A stretch of 64,000 bases of DNA from Candidatus Parcubacteria bacterium (GCA_018664825.1 JABJNO010000025.1:3022-67021), one strand, 5' to 3'. Counted from the stretch's first letter, positions 40,155 through 49,455 are shown. Notes: generated from the sequence alone by a model not told the origin. Translations and numbers: made by a program.

Positions 40155-41378
40155 ATGGATATTAAAAAATTGTTAGTAGTAATTGGATTTATAGTCCTAG
40201 TAGCATTAGTAGGCTTTGCTTTGTATTGGGTATTTTTTAAACAACCAAACGAAGAAAGAATATTACAAAATTACAACGGTGGAACAATACCTTCGGGCAA
40301 TGAGGGGAATCTAAATGTTGTAAATGATGACAATGCTAATAATGATCAAACTTTACCTTGGCAGGAATATTTGGAGGACAAAGTGTCGCCAGTTGCTGCT
40401 GGAGGACTTACCCAAGTGACTAGAATCACTGATTCAGAAGTCAGTGGGGTCATTTCTGGTATAGATGGAATACAATATTATGATGAAGAGGCTCAACAAT
40501 TTTATCGTATAAACGAAAAAGGGGAGGCAGAATTGATGTCCAACAACAAATTTTTTCAAGTTGAAAATGTAAATTGGGCCAAGTCAGGCAATAAGGCAAT
40601 ATTAGAATATCCGGATGGTTCAAATATTTTGTATAATTTTTCAAATGGAAAACAAGTGACTTTGCCACCGGAGTTGGAAGATTTTGGCTTTAATACTATT
40701 GGTAATCAAATAACAGCCAAGTGGATTGGTAATAATGATGATAACAATTGGTTGATAGCTGCCAATGATGATGGTTCTGGTATGTTTTTGTTGGAGCCTT
40801 TGGGTGATCAAGCACACAACACTCAGATGGGATTTTCTCCTGACAATCAGGTAGCTGCTTTACATAGAAAATATATTGATGCTCAGAGACAACAGGTATT
40901 TCCAATAGGTCTACATGGGGAAAACCTAAAAGCCTTTACAGTCAATGGATCGGGCTTTGTATCCGAATGGTCCCCAGAAGGAAATTCTATGATTTATAGT
41001 GTTTACCATGAAGATACAGATTATATGCCGAGTATGTATGTGACCAAAGGTAGTACATCTGAATTGGGAGATATAAAGATATCTTTGAATGTGGCTACAT
41101 GGCCTGAAAAATGTACTTTTTCAGGAGAAAGTACACTGTATTGTGCGGTTCCTCAGGGCTTACCTAGGGGCGCTGGTATGTATCCAGAAATAGCCCAGGA
41201 ATATCCTGATAATTTTTATCATATAGATTTGGAAAGTGGTACAAAAACATTAATTGCTAGTCCTATAGGAGACAGTGCTAGTTATTCGGCCAATGGTTTG
41301 TCTGTATCTGACGATGGATCATTTTTGTATTTTATTGATCAAAATACAGGCTTATTACAAAGTATTAGATTAAAATAA
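40155..41378 (+). CDS. Membrane-anchored beta-propeller (TolB/WD40-like) protein
   Basis: N-terminal TM; repeated WAKSG, FSPD, WSPEG, VSDDG blade motifs. Confidence 0.7.
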   Translation: MDIKKLLVVIGFIVLVALVGFALYWVFFKQPNEERILQNYNGGTIPSGNEGNLNVVNDDNANNDQTLPWQEYLEDKVSPVAAGGLTQVTRITDSEVSGVISGIDGIQYYDEEAQQFYRINEKGEAELMSNNKFFQVENVNWAKSGNKAILEYPDGSNILYNFSNGKQVTLPPELEDFGFNTIGNQITAKWIGNNDDNNWLIAANDDGSGMFLLEPLGDQAHNTQMGFSPDNQVAALHRKYIDAQRQQVFPIGLHGENLKAFTVNGSGFVSEWSPEGNSMIYSVYHEDTDYMPSMYVTKGSTSELGDIKISLNVATWPEKCTFSGESTLYCAVPQGLPRGAGMYPEIAQEYPDNFYHIDLESGTKTLIASPIGDSASYSANGLSVSDDGSFLYFIDQNTGLLQSIRLK

Positions 41379-41384
41379 TATATT

Positions 41385-42440
41385 ATGAAAAAAACAATTT
41401 TTGGACTATTATTTATTTCTTTTTTTGCATTGTTTTTTGTCTTCACTGTTAGTGAGGTCAATGCAGAGATTGTTTTCGAACCAAATGTCAGAATACCAGG
41501 TACCTCATTTGGAGGATCGGTAATAATTTCTGCCGAAGATAACTCCATAGGCCTTTACATAAAGGCTCTGTACGAATATGGAGCGGTATTTGTAGGAGCG
41601 GTAGCTATGTTTATGCTTGTCTTTGCTGGCTGGCAGTGGCTGATGGCTGCTGGCTCATCAGACAAAATTGGACGAGCCAAAGAAACAATAAATGGTACCT
41701 TGATAGGGTTGATATTGTTGTTTGGTGGTTATTTATTGTTATCACAAATCAGTACAAATTTGGTTGAGTTCAAGGATATCAATATTGTACCATTGGATTT
41801 GGAGACTACTAGTGATGAGACTTGCGATACCATGAATCAAAGGATTAAGAATGGCACAGCTCCTGATTATATACCTACAACACTTATAGATCCTGCCTCA
41901 AAGTATGCTTGCGGTAAGCCTTATCCTGTATGGAAAACAAATGAAGATGGTACGACTGATTTTAATAATAAAGAGGCAGATTGTACGTATAACCTTTCTA
42001 GCATAGACTCATCAAGATGTAGAGCCAAAAAGAACGGAGAGGAATTATGGAGTAAAGATTGTGTTTCTGTGCCTGATCCAGCCTATCCTTGTAAACAGTT
42101 GTCTGGTAATTGTACTTGGATTTTTTCTGGTAACAATAGGCCAGGTAACAAATGTGAAAATTATTTGAATAAGGATTGGTGTATTTCTAACTATTGTCGT
42201 ACTGAGCATCCAGAATATGAATGTGGCCTTGATCAAAACAATCCTAGAGCAAAATGTGAGCTCTTGGACAATGTCTGGTGTAATAGTAGTGAATATTGTG
42301 ATTTTGACGGTTCAAATAAATGGTGTTGCGAGGATAGCGGTGGTACTGATTACTGTCGTATAGACAAAACAGTTGATAGTGATAGAGGTAATCCGGATAA
42401 CAACAATGATAATATAACAGATAATTGTAGAACTATATAA
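41385..42440 (+). CDS. VirB2/TrbC-like T4SS pilin with a Cys-rich C-terminal domain
   Basis: Signal peptide; LVFAGWQWLMAAGSSDKIGRAKETINGTLIGLILL pilin pattern; Cys-rich tail. Confidence 0.8.
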   Translation: MKKTIFGLLFISFFALFFVFTVSEVNAEIVFEPNVRIPGTSFGGSVIISAEDNSIGLYIKALYEYGAVFVGAVAMFMLVFAGWQWLMAAGSSDKIGRAKETINGTLIGLILLFGGYLLLSQISTNLVEFKDINIVPLDLETTSDETCDTMNQRIKNGTAPDYIPTTLIDPASKYACGKPYPVWKTNEDGTTDFNNKEADCTYNLSSIDSSRCRAKKNGEELWSKDCVSVPDPAYPCKQLSGNCTWIFSGNNRPGNKCENYLNKDWCISNYCRTEHPEYECGLDQNNPRAKCELLDNVWCNSSEYCDFDGSNKWCCEDSGGTDYCRIDKTVDSDRGNPDNNNDNITDNCRTI

Positions 42441-42444
42441 AATA

Positions 42445-42474
42445 AAAAACTACCCAGAGATGGGTAGTTTTTTT
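42445..42474 (+). terminator. Rho-independent terminator
   Basis: AAAAAACTACCCA-GAGA-TGGGTAGTTTTTT. Confidence 0.8.
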
Positions 42475-43200
42475 AACCTTCGAGGTTGGATGTCCAACCT
42501 CGAAGGTTAAATTTGACGTAAATTAATTTATAGTCTACTCTAAAAAAGAAGAAAAGCGATTTTGTCCAACCTCGAAGGTTAGATAAGGTCGGTTATTTAT
42601 ATAATTTACCTTATTTTTTATGCCAAATAAATCAAGGAACATTTATGCAGGTAACTATTACCATATTTATAATAGAGCAGTAGAGAAGAGAACTATATTT
42701 TATAGTGAAAGTGATTATGAATATTTTATTTCTAAAGCTATCTTATATAAAGAAATGACGGAGGTAAAGATATTGGCTTATTGTATTTTACCAAACCATT
42801 TTCATTTTTTATTGAAAGAACCAAAATCAACCTCGAAGGTTGAAATCTCGGCAATTTCTAAATTTATTTCTCTTTTGTCTAATTCATATACAAAACATTT
42901 TAACTTAACCAAGGAACATTCTGGTAGGCTGTTTCAGGGGCCATTCAAGTCTAAGTTAGTAGATGATGATAGTTATTTGAAAGTTTTATTAAACTATATA
43001 AATTTGAATCATTTAAAACATAAAATAACTGACAAAGTTAATGACTGGCCTTATAGTTCACATCATAATTATGTAGGGAAGTGGAAATATAATTTGATTG
43101 GGAAAGATTGTATAGTTGATTTTGAAGAATATAAACAGGTTATAAATTATTATAAAAATAGTTTATCTAGTTTATACGAAGAATTTTAACCTCGAAGGTT
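42473..43200 (+). mobile_element. RAYT/REP module: tyrosine transposase gene with five 13-bp palindromes
   Basis: Palindromes at 42475-42487 (inverted), 42496-42508, 42568-42580, 42829-42841 and 43188-43200. Confidence 0.8.
42620..43189 (+). CDS. REP-associated tyrosine transposase (Y1/HUH, IS200-like superfamily)
   Basis: YYHIYNR, AYCILPNHFH (HUH), GRLFQGPFKS, YINLN (catalytic Tyr), WPYSS. Confidence 0.9.
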   Translation: MPNKSRNIYAGNYYHIYNRAVEKRTIFYSESDYEYFISKAILYKEMTEVKILAYCILPNHFHFLLKEPKSTSKVEISAISKFISLLSNSYTKHFNLTKEHSGRLFQGPFKSKLVDDDSYLKVLLNYINLNHLKHKITDKVNDWPYSSHHNYVGKWKYNLIGKDCIVDFEEYKQVINYYKNSLSSLYEEF

Positions 43201-43203
43201 GAT

Positions 43204-45273
43204 TTATTCCAAGTGCATTTCATCTTGTAGTTTCTTGATAGTTTCTACGATTTCATGTTGATATTTTTTGTCTTTCAAGACCAATTTTGCCCATTTTTGG
43301 GCTTTTTTTATTAGCTCGATATCTGATAATTTAGCTATTTTTAGCTTCATTAGGCCAGTTTGTTGGGTACCAAATATTTCTCCCGAGCCACGTAGCTCGA
43401 GGTCAAGCTCAGCTAGCTCAAAGCCATTGTTTGTTTCTGATAGAGCCTTGAGCCTTTCTTTGCTAAGTTGAGAATCGTCGGTAGTAAATAGCATACAAAA
43501 ACTTTCCAAATCATTGCGTCCTATCCTACCACGGAATTGGTGTAGCTGGGACAGGCCAAATCTCTCGGCACTTTCTATCATCATTAGTGTAGCATTTGGA
43601 ATATCCACACCAACTTCTATCACGGAGGTAGCTACCAATATTGGGAATTTATTATCCTTGAAATCTTTCATGATATTTTCTTTTTCTTCTGTTTTGAGTT
43701 TGCCGTGTAAATATCTTATTTCTATGTCAGGAAATATTTCTTCGTTTAGTTTTTTGTATTCTTGTTGGACTGACTTTACACCCAAGACGTCACTCTCATC
43801 TATAAGCGGACAAATCACAAAAGCTTGTTGTCCTTTTTTTATTTTATCCAAAATAAATTTATAGGCATCTTTTCTTTTTTTTTCTGGTACCAAAAATGTT
43901 TTTATTTCTTTTCGGCCAGCGGGCTTTTCTTTTATCAAGGATATATCGAGATCACCATATAGAGTCAGGCTCAAGGTACGGGGGATAGGTGTAGCAGTCA
44001 TAGATAGTAGGTGGGGTACGTGGTCGTCTATATTTTTATTTTTTATAGCCTGCCTTTGAGCTACTCCAAAACGATGTTGTTCGTCTATTACAACTAGTCC
44101 TAGGTTTTTAAAATTTGTTTTTTCTTGGATCAAGGCATGAGTACCAATTACCATCTTGATTTTACCAGAGGCGATATCTTTGTTCATTTTTGCCCTGGTC
44201 AGTTCGGTACCATCAGCCAAGACTTTTTTGACACGAGTAAGTAGGGCTATTTGTTTATGAAATTTTTTGGGAGCCAAGTCTTGGATTGACCCAAGGTGTT
44301 GATGAGCTAGTATTTCGGTGGGAGCCATAATAGCTGCTTGAAAACCATTGATAATTGTATTGAGAGCAGTCAACATAGCTACAATCGTCTTGCCTGAGCC
44401 CACATCACCCTCAAGTAGTCTATTCATGGGTTGTTTTTGGCTCAAATCAGCTAGGGCGTCATAGAGAGATTTTTGTTGGTCTACGGTAAGTTTGAAAGGT
44501 AAATCTTTTATTATTTTATTTAAAAATTTATCATCAAGCGGGATAACATAGCTGGGTTGGGATTGATAGTTTAGTTTGGCTAATTGATATTTTGCCTGTA
44601 GATAAAACAACTCTTGGAATTTTAATCTAGCAACTGCTTTATCCAGACTTTGTTGGTCGTTTGGAAAGTGTATTTCTTGTAAAGCTTCATGAAGCCAGGG
44701 AAATTTTTCTTGATTGAGTATATCTACTGGTAGCGGGTCATCTTCATAAATACCAGTCTTGAGAGCTCTGTCCATTAAAAAACGCAGTTGTTTTTGGGTA
44801 ATTTTACCACTAAGATGATATATGGGAACCAGGCGGGCACTGTGCAGAGGATTGTCTTTCACTTTTTCATAAGTTGGGTTGGTCATTTGCCAGATTAGGT
44901 TTTTTTGTTGGACCTTGCCACTCAAAAAAACTTCATCGCCACGGCTTAGCACTTGGCTGACAAATTTTTGTCGAAACCAAATAGCCTTCATACTATCAGT
45001 TGTGTCAGAGGCCAAAATTTCAGTAATCATCATTTTTTGTTTACGTGAACGATAACTACGGATATTGTCTATTTTTACTCGGACGGTTGTTATCTGATTT
45101 TCTTCTAGATCATCTATGTCTTTTATTTGACTCAAATCATCATAGCGAAAAGGAAAATGCCAAAATAAATCAGTAATAGTGCTGATTTTCATTTTTTTGA
45201 AACTAGCGCCAAGAGTATTTGTCATGGCGTGTAATTGCTCTATATTTTGCTTTGACTCGGTATTTTTTGGCAT
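43204..45273 (-). CDS. recG: ATP-dependent DNA helicase RecG
   Basis: MNRLLEGDVGSGKT, DEQHRFG, TATPIPR, QFRGRIGR, DLELRGSGE. Confidence 0.97.
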   Translation of the reverse strand: MPKNTESKQNIEQLHAMTNTLGASFKKMKISTITDLFWHFPFRYDDLSQIKDIDDLEENQITTVRVKIDNIRSYRSRKQKMMITEILASDTTDSMKAIWFRQKFVSQVLSRGDEVFLSGKVQQKNLIWQMTNPTYEKVKDNPLHSARLVPIYHLSGKITQKQLRFLMDRALKTGIYEDDPLPVDILNQEKFPWLHEALQEIHFPNDQQSLDKAVARLKFQELFYLQAKYQLAKLNYQSQPSYVIPLDDKFLNKIIKDLPFKLTVDQQKSLYDALADLSQKQPMNRLLEGDVGSGKTIVAMLTALNTIINGFQAAIMAPTEILAHQHLGSIQDLAPKKFHKQIALLTRVKKVLADGTELTRAKMNKDIASGKIKMVIGTHALIQEKTNFKNLGLVVIDEQHRFGVAQRQAIKNKNIDDHVPHLLSMTATPIPRTLSLTLYGDLDISLIKEKPAGRKEIKTFLVPEKKRKDAYKFILDKIKKGQQAFVICPLIDESDVLGVKSVQQEYKKLNEEIFPDIEIRYLHGKLKTEEKENIMKDFKDNKFPILVATSVIEVGVDIPNATLMMIESAERFGLSQLHQFRGRIGRNDLESFCMLFTTDDSQLSKERLKALSETNNGFELAELDLELRGSGEIFGTQQTGLMKLKIAKLSDIELIKKAQKWAKLVLKDKKYQHEIVETIKKLQDEMHLE

Positions 45274-45331
45274 ATAGATTGAATAAGCTGAACATATTGT
45301 TCAGCTTAGGGAGTTTATTATTTGATGTAAC

Positions 45332-45895
45332 TTATAACTTTAAAAGACGGGATATACCCTCGGAGTTGGGTATTTCTTCTTTGTTCAAGTCTTCGTCCAA
45401 ATAATTTAATAATATTTTTCGGACAGCAACTGGATTTTGATCTTCTAGGGGGATAGTGAGTAGTTGTCCAAGAGAGCTTTTTGGTTGTAGGTAGAGACTT
45501 TTTATTTGCGGAGGATAGTAGAGTATATAAAATCTCTTGAATTTTTCAAATTCCAAAAATTTACCATGCAGGATAATGCCATCTTCAGCTATGATAACTT
45601 CGATATTTTCAGGGTGTTTCTTTTCTGTAAGAAAATACATGACTAAGAAAAACAAAATAATAACTGCAAAAAGAGGATTGTCTGAGAAATAAGAATATAC
45701 AAGCATTGCTATAGTGACTATTACTAGGAGAACATACCACCATTTTCCTCGTTCATGTTTGTGAAATTCAGGGAATTCCCAAGCAGCCATGATTTTACCA
45801 AATTCTTTTTCTACTGCCTCACCAAAAGTTTCGGGGCCATCAAAAAATTCTAAATCTTCTTTATTTTGCTCACTTTTTTCTTTATTTTTTACCAT
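45332..45895 (-). CDS. Hypothetical two-TM membrane protein
   Basis: WEFPEF..HERGKWWY, two TM helices, beta-rich C-terminus. Confidence 0.7.
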   Translation of the reverse strand: MVKNKEKSEQNKEDLEFFDGPETFGEAVEKEFGKIMAAWEFPEFHKHERGKWWYVLLVIVTIAMLVYSYFSDNPLFAVIILFFLVMYFLTEKKHPENIEVIIAEDGIILHGKFLEFEKFKRFYILYYPPQIKSLYLQPKSSLGQLLTIPLEDQNPVAVRKILLNYLDEDLNKEEIPNSEGISRLLKL

Positions 45896-45968
45896 ACATT
45901 TTTATTTTATAATGTAGCTATATTATAACATAACTAGGCCAATTTATCTATAAAGAGGGCAAGGGGGC

Positions 45969-45997
45969 TTGCCAAAAGGTATAAAATATACTATTAT
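45969..45997 (+). promoter_or_regulatory. Promoter of the tRNA cluster
   Basis: TTGCCA, 17-nt spacer, TATTAT. Confidence 0.6.
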
Positions 45998-46018
45998 GTA
46001 GCAGTCTTCGACATATTT

Positions 46019-46106
<88 letters not shown>

Positions 46107-46215
46107 TTCGATTCGCTTTTGCTTTGCAAAAGCTCACTCATGGTCTACGGTGCTAAAATAGCACCTCCAACCAGTTTATTTATAGAATCGAATGTCCTGA
46201 GCGAAGTCGAAGGAC
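46107..46215 (+). repeat. Structured repeat element directly after tRNA-Ser
   Basis: TTCGATTC-[GCTTTTGC-TTT-GCAAAAGC]-TCACTCATGGTCT...TCGAATGTCCTGAGCGAAGTCGAAGG; same architecture as 49625 and 51908. Confidence 0.7.
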
Positions 46216-46243
46216 AGGAGACATTGAAATATTATTATTGCTA

Positions 46244-46319
46244 GTCCTCGTAGCTCAGTGGATAGAGCGTTTGGTTGCGGTCCAAAAGGTCGCAGGTTCG
46301 ATTCCTGCCGGGGACACCA
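46244..46319 (+). tRNA. tRNA-Arg(GCG)
   Basis: GTCCTCG/CGGGGAC acceptor, anticodon stem TTTGG/CCAAA with loop TTGCGGT, GGTTCGATTCC, CCA. Confidence 0.92.
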
Positions 46320-46320
46320 A

Positions 46321-46370
46321 GCTTCGACAAGCTCAGCTTGGATAAGCTTGTCCTGAGCGAAGCCGAAGGG
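46321..46370. repeat. Short REP-like inverted repeat after tRNA-Arg
   Basis: CTTCGACAAGCTCAG...CTGAGCGAAGCCGAAG. Confidence 0.6.
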
Positions 46371-46390
46371 CATTATATTATCAACCAAAT

Positions 46391-46482
46391 GGAGAGGTGG
46401 CAGAGTGGTTGAATGCGGCACCCTGCTAAGGTGTTATTCCGTTTATTCGGGATCGAGGGTTCGAATCCCTCCCTCTCCGCCA
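46391..46482 (+). tRNA. tRNA-Ser(GCT)
   Basis: GGAGAGG acceptor, anticodon loop CTGCTAA, long variable arm, GGTTCGAATCC, CCA. Confidence 0.95.
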
Positions 46483-46619
46483 CTTCGTGCTAGCACGAAG
46501 ATATTAAAAACAACTTCATTAGAAAGCTGTTTTTTTTTGATAAATCAAAAATATAATATTAAAAAACTATCCTGCGAGGGATAGCTTTTTTATGTATCTT
46601 GTTTGATAGCTATAATTTG

Positions 46620-46895
46620 CTATACATTTTCCACACCAAGATCTCGTGCTATGTTTTTTAATGCTTCTACGGTAGTCATGACTTCATTTGTGTCAGTTAC
46701 AGTTTCCAAGTGTGCCACTAATTCGACAGCTTTTGCTTTTTTTCGTTCAACCTCTCCTTGTGCTACACTAGCTTCTCTTTCATCCACCAAGTTAGCATCT
46801 TCTCCTAATTACTCAACTGATGAATCTTCAATTTGTTTTAGTAAATCAAGTCCTGTTTCTTTCATTTTTCTCAAATCCTCTGCTGGATTTGGCAT
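46620..46895 (-). pseudogene. 91-codon helical protein ORF interrupted by an in-frame TAA at codon 29
   Basis: Manual translation: MPNPAEDLRKMKETGLDLLKQIEDSSVE*LGEDANLVDEREASVAQGEVERKKAKAVELVAHLETVTDTNEVMTTVEALKNIARDLGVENV; hairpin at about 46561-46591 downstream. Confidence 0.6.
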
Positions 46896-46982
46896 TGTGT
46901 CAAAACCTATAAAATATTTACGTTACTAATTATATAATTCTTAATAAAAGCTTAACAAAAATCTTATACTCTCGCAATACTA

Positions 46983-49046
46983 CTATTCCATACCCAAGAA
47001 ATCTTTTTCTGTCTTAGTGATATAAGATTTTAGATCCTGTAAAGAGCTAGCCAATTGTTCCGGGTTACTATAACTTGCTTGTATGCTGGTAGTTATGGTA
47101 GATAGATTTGTCCTATCTTCATCGTCGGTTTCGTCCAATATATCTTCGTTAAATTTGGCTATAGCTTCGACTACTTGCTGTTGATCTAATTCCGGATTAG
47201 CCAATACTCTTTCTAGAGCACTGATTTCATCTCGAATAGAAATATGTGTAATTTCTTCCATGACTACTTCAATTTCAGTACTAGCCTCACTGAAACTATC
47301 ACCAAAATCAAAGTTTGCTTTATCACTAATAAAAGATAACTCTGCCATCAAAACTTTTTTTTCTTCGGCAGAATCGGTTTCTCTAATTTTTCTAACAACA
47401 ATCCCTAGCTCTGCCATATGCTCTTTGGATATACCAAAATCCTCCATGGCCTTGGTAAAAGCTTTGATAGACATTTTATCGCCAAATAAATTGCCGAGCA
47501 AGGCTTGAGCTTGGGAAATTTCCATTTTAATCTTAGGGATTATTTTGCCAGCTACCTCCATCATTTCTACTCCTTTGACCACACCAGAAAATTGCCCCAA
47601 AGTCATATCTACGGTAACGGGACTAAATTGATTTTCAATAGCATCCAAATAACCTTTTCGCCTATCAGGATTTTGCTCTTTGCCTGCTATACCTCTTAAT
47701 TCCTCTTTATATTTATCTAGCATGATAGTATCTATTTTTCCATTATGAATCTCAGCATAAAGTTTCACTTTTTGAAGTACACGCATCACATCCGTTGAAC
47801 GGAAAAACGCAGGACATTTTATTTCGGCTGTCACTCCTAGGGCATCAACGGTAGAAGTGATAGATCTGACGGTGTCACGATTTATATCTTCAATTTGATC
47901 TGTAGATGGATATTCGGACATCACGTAGCTATGTTGTAAAATACCTTCGCGAATCATCTCATAACCCTCTTCACCAAATTTATCTATATAATAATCAGCG
48001 TTGTCTTCGACATATCTAGTACTAAACAATGGATGATCTTTGGAAGCATCAAAACTACCCTTAGCTTGAGCTACGCCAGCAGCATATCCTATATCATGAT
48101 CTATGATAATTTGACGAATTATAATTTTGTCTTTGGCAGAAACACGATCTCCCAAGCCATCCATCATGCTGTCAGCTATATTCATATTACCTTCCAAAAT
48201 ATGTCGCGTACCATGATCTGATCCAGAAAACACTCTCTTATCAAGAGAGGTTTGATAAACAAGTTTTCGAGCATTATCTTGAACCAAAGATTGAATTGTT
48301 TCGATGGTAGCCTCAGGATAAGCCTCTTGATATTGTTTAATATAAATACTCGATTCTCTTTCTATTAATTTAGCTTCTGATTCTTCAATAGAAACTTCTG
48401 GGCTATCAATAAATTCTTGCAACTCCTCACTGATAGCTGCCAAAATTTGTTCAGTATCGACTGCTTCAGGAATTTCTTTTTCTTTTACATTCAAATATAA
48501 CATCATGTCAGAATGAAAAGCTTCTGGATTGACTGCGCCAGAATCAATTTTTTGTTGTAATTCTTCATAGGCATTCAATTGCGCTTCTTCGTGTTCGGCG
48601 ATAGTTTCAGCCCCCTTATGATGCCTACTGACCAGTCCCTTAGCATAATCTTCTTTAGTTTTGGCTCTTAGTTCCATCAATTCCTCCTCGCTACTTCTAT
48701 CTATAAGACTAGATATTTCCTTAATTTGTTCAGAGTGACTAGTATTTATTTCGTCAATTTCTTGCTGCACAGTCAATAATTCAGCTTGTCCATTTTTCAA
48801 GTCTTCCTCTGTACCTCCGACTGATTCTACGATACTAGTTAAAATATTATTATTTTCTTGCTGCATAGTATCCACTTCTGCTGCTCTATCAGAAAGATCT
48901 TCAAGAGTTGCCTCTACATATTCCCTAAAATTTTCTTGACTTTCAGCTGCTTGATCTGCTAGTTGATCCAAATCAAGCTCAGTTTCTTGATCCTGACTTG
49001 GTTCTTCAATATTTTCTACTGCTGATAATTTGTCTTCTTTAAGCAT
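46983..49046 (-). CDS. Acidic coiled-coil protein with a central HD-superfamily phosphohydrolase domain
   Basis: DHGTRH..IDHDIGY..DHP..QHS..VDALG (H-HD-H-H-D pattern); long E/Q-rich helical N-terminus. Confidence 0.75.
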   Translation of the reverse strand: MLKEDKLSAVENIEEPSQDQETELDLDQLADQAAESQENFREYVEATLEDLSDRAAEVDTMQQENNNILTSIVESVGGTEEDLKNGQAELLTVQQEIDEINTSHSEQIKEISSLIDRSSEEELMELRAKTKEDYAKGLVSRHHKGAETIAEHEEAQLNAYEELQQKIDSGAVNPEAFHSDMMLYLNVKEKEIPEAVDTEQILAAISEELQEFIDSPEVSIEESEAKLIERESSIYIKQYQEAYPEATIETIQSLVQDNARKLVYQTSLDKRVFSGSDHGTRHILEGNMNIADSMMDGLGDRVSAKDKIIIRQIIIDHDIGYAAGVAQAKGSFDASKDHPLFSTRYVEDNADYYIDKFGEEGYEMIREGILQHSYVMSEYPSTDQIEDINRDTVRSITSTVDALGVTAEIKCPAFFRSTDVMRVLQKVKLYAEIHNGKIDTIMLDKYKEELRGIAGKEQNPDRRKGYLDAIENQFSPVTVDMTLGQFSGVVKGVEMMEVAGKIIPKIKMEISQAQALLGNLFGDKMSIKAFTKAMEDFGISKEHMAELGIVVRKIRETDSAEEKKVLMAELSFISDKANFDFGDSFSEASTEIEVVMEEITHISIRDEISALERVLANPELDQQQVVEAIAKFNEDILDETDDEDRTNLSTITTSIQASYSNPEQLASSLQDLKSYITKTEKDFLGME

Positions 49047-49048
49047 AT

Positions 49049-49234
49049 TTATATATTATTAATACCTTCTTTAATTTTTCTTATTTTTTTATCTTCTATA
49101 TTCTTAACTGTTTTACTCATGATATTCTTTTGTTTTTTTTGAAGGGCTCGCAATTTAATCAAATAGTCCTCGTGAAGAGCCTTGATTTCATTGACCTTAT
49201 TTTGCAAATCTGTTCTTGATATTTTAGTATCCAT
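49049..49234 (-). CDS. Small basic helical protein, paralog of 49237
   Basis: 2-bp spacing to both neighbours; aligns with 49237. Confidence 0.7.
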   Translation of the reverse strand: MDTKISRTDLQNKVNEIKALHEDYLIKLRALQKKQKNIMSKTVKNIEDKKIRKIKEGINNI

Positions 49235-49236
49235 AA

Positions 49237-49455
49237 TTATTTTTTTAAAAAAGAAAGTAATCTTTTGATAAAGTTTCTGCGCTTAGTTTTGTTTAATTCT
49301 TGGCGATTTTGTATGTCACTGACTGTTCTAGAAATTATATTATCTTGCTTAATACTTAAATTATCCAAGTTTTTTTTCCAAGCAGCATGAAGTTTAGCAA
49401 TTTCTTGAGAACGACGCTTTAGTTCTTCTTGTGAAATATTTGTATCAATTTTCAT
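49237..49455 (-). CDS. Small basic helical protein, paralog of 49049
   Basis: DTNISQEEL/DTKISRTDL, EIAKLH/EIKALH, KQDNIISRTV/KQKNIMSKTV. Confidence 0.7.
   Translation of the reverse strand: MKIDTNISQEELKRRSQEIAKLHAAWKKNLDNLSIKQDNIISRTVSDIQNRQELNKTKRRNFIKRLLSFLKK

Noticed and set aside
42475-43200. CRISPR array suggested by the recurring AACCTCGAAGGTT
   Set aside because: Only 13 bp, irregular spacing, mixed orientation, no cas genes; better explained as REPs
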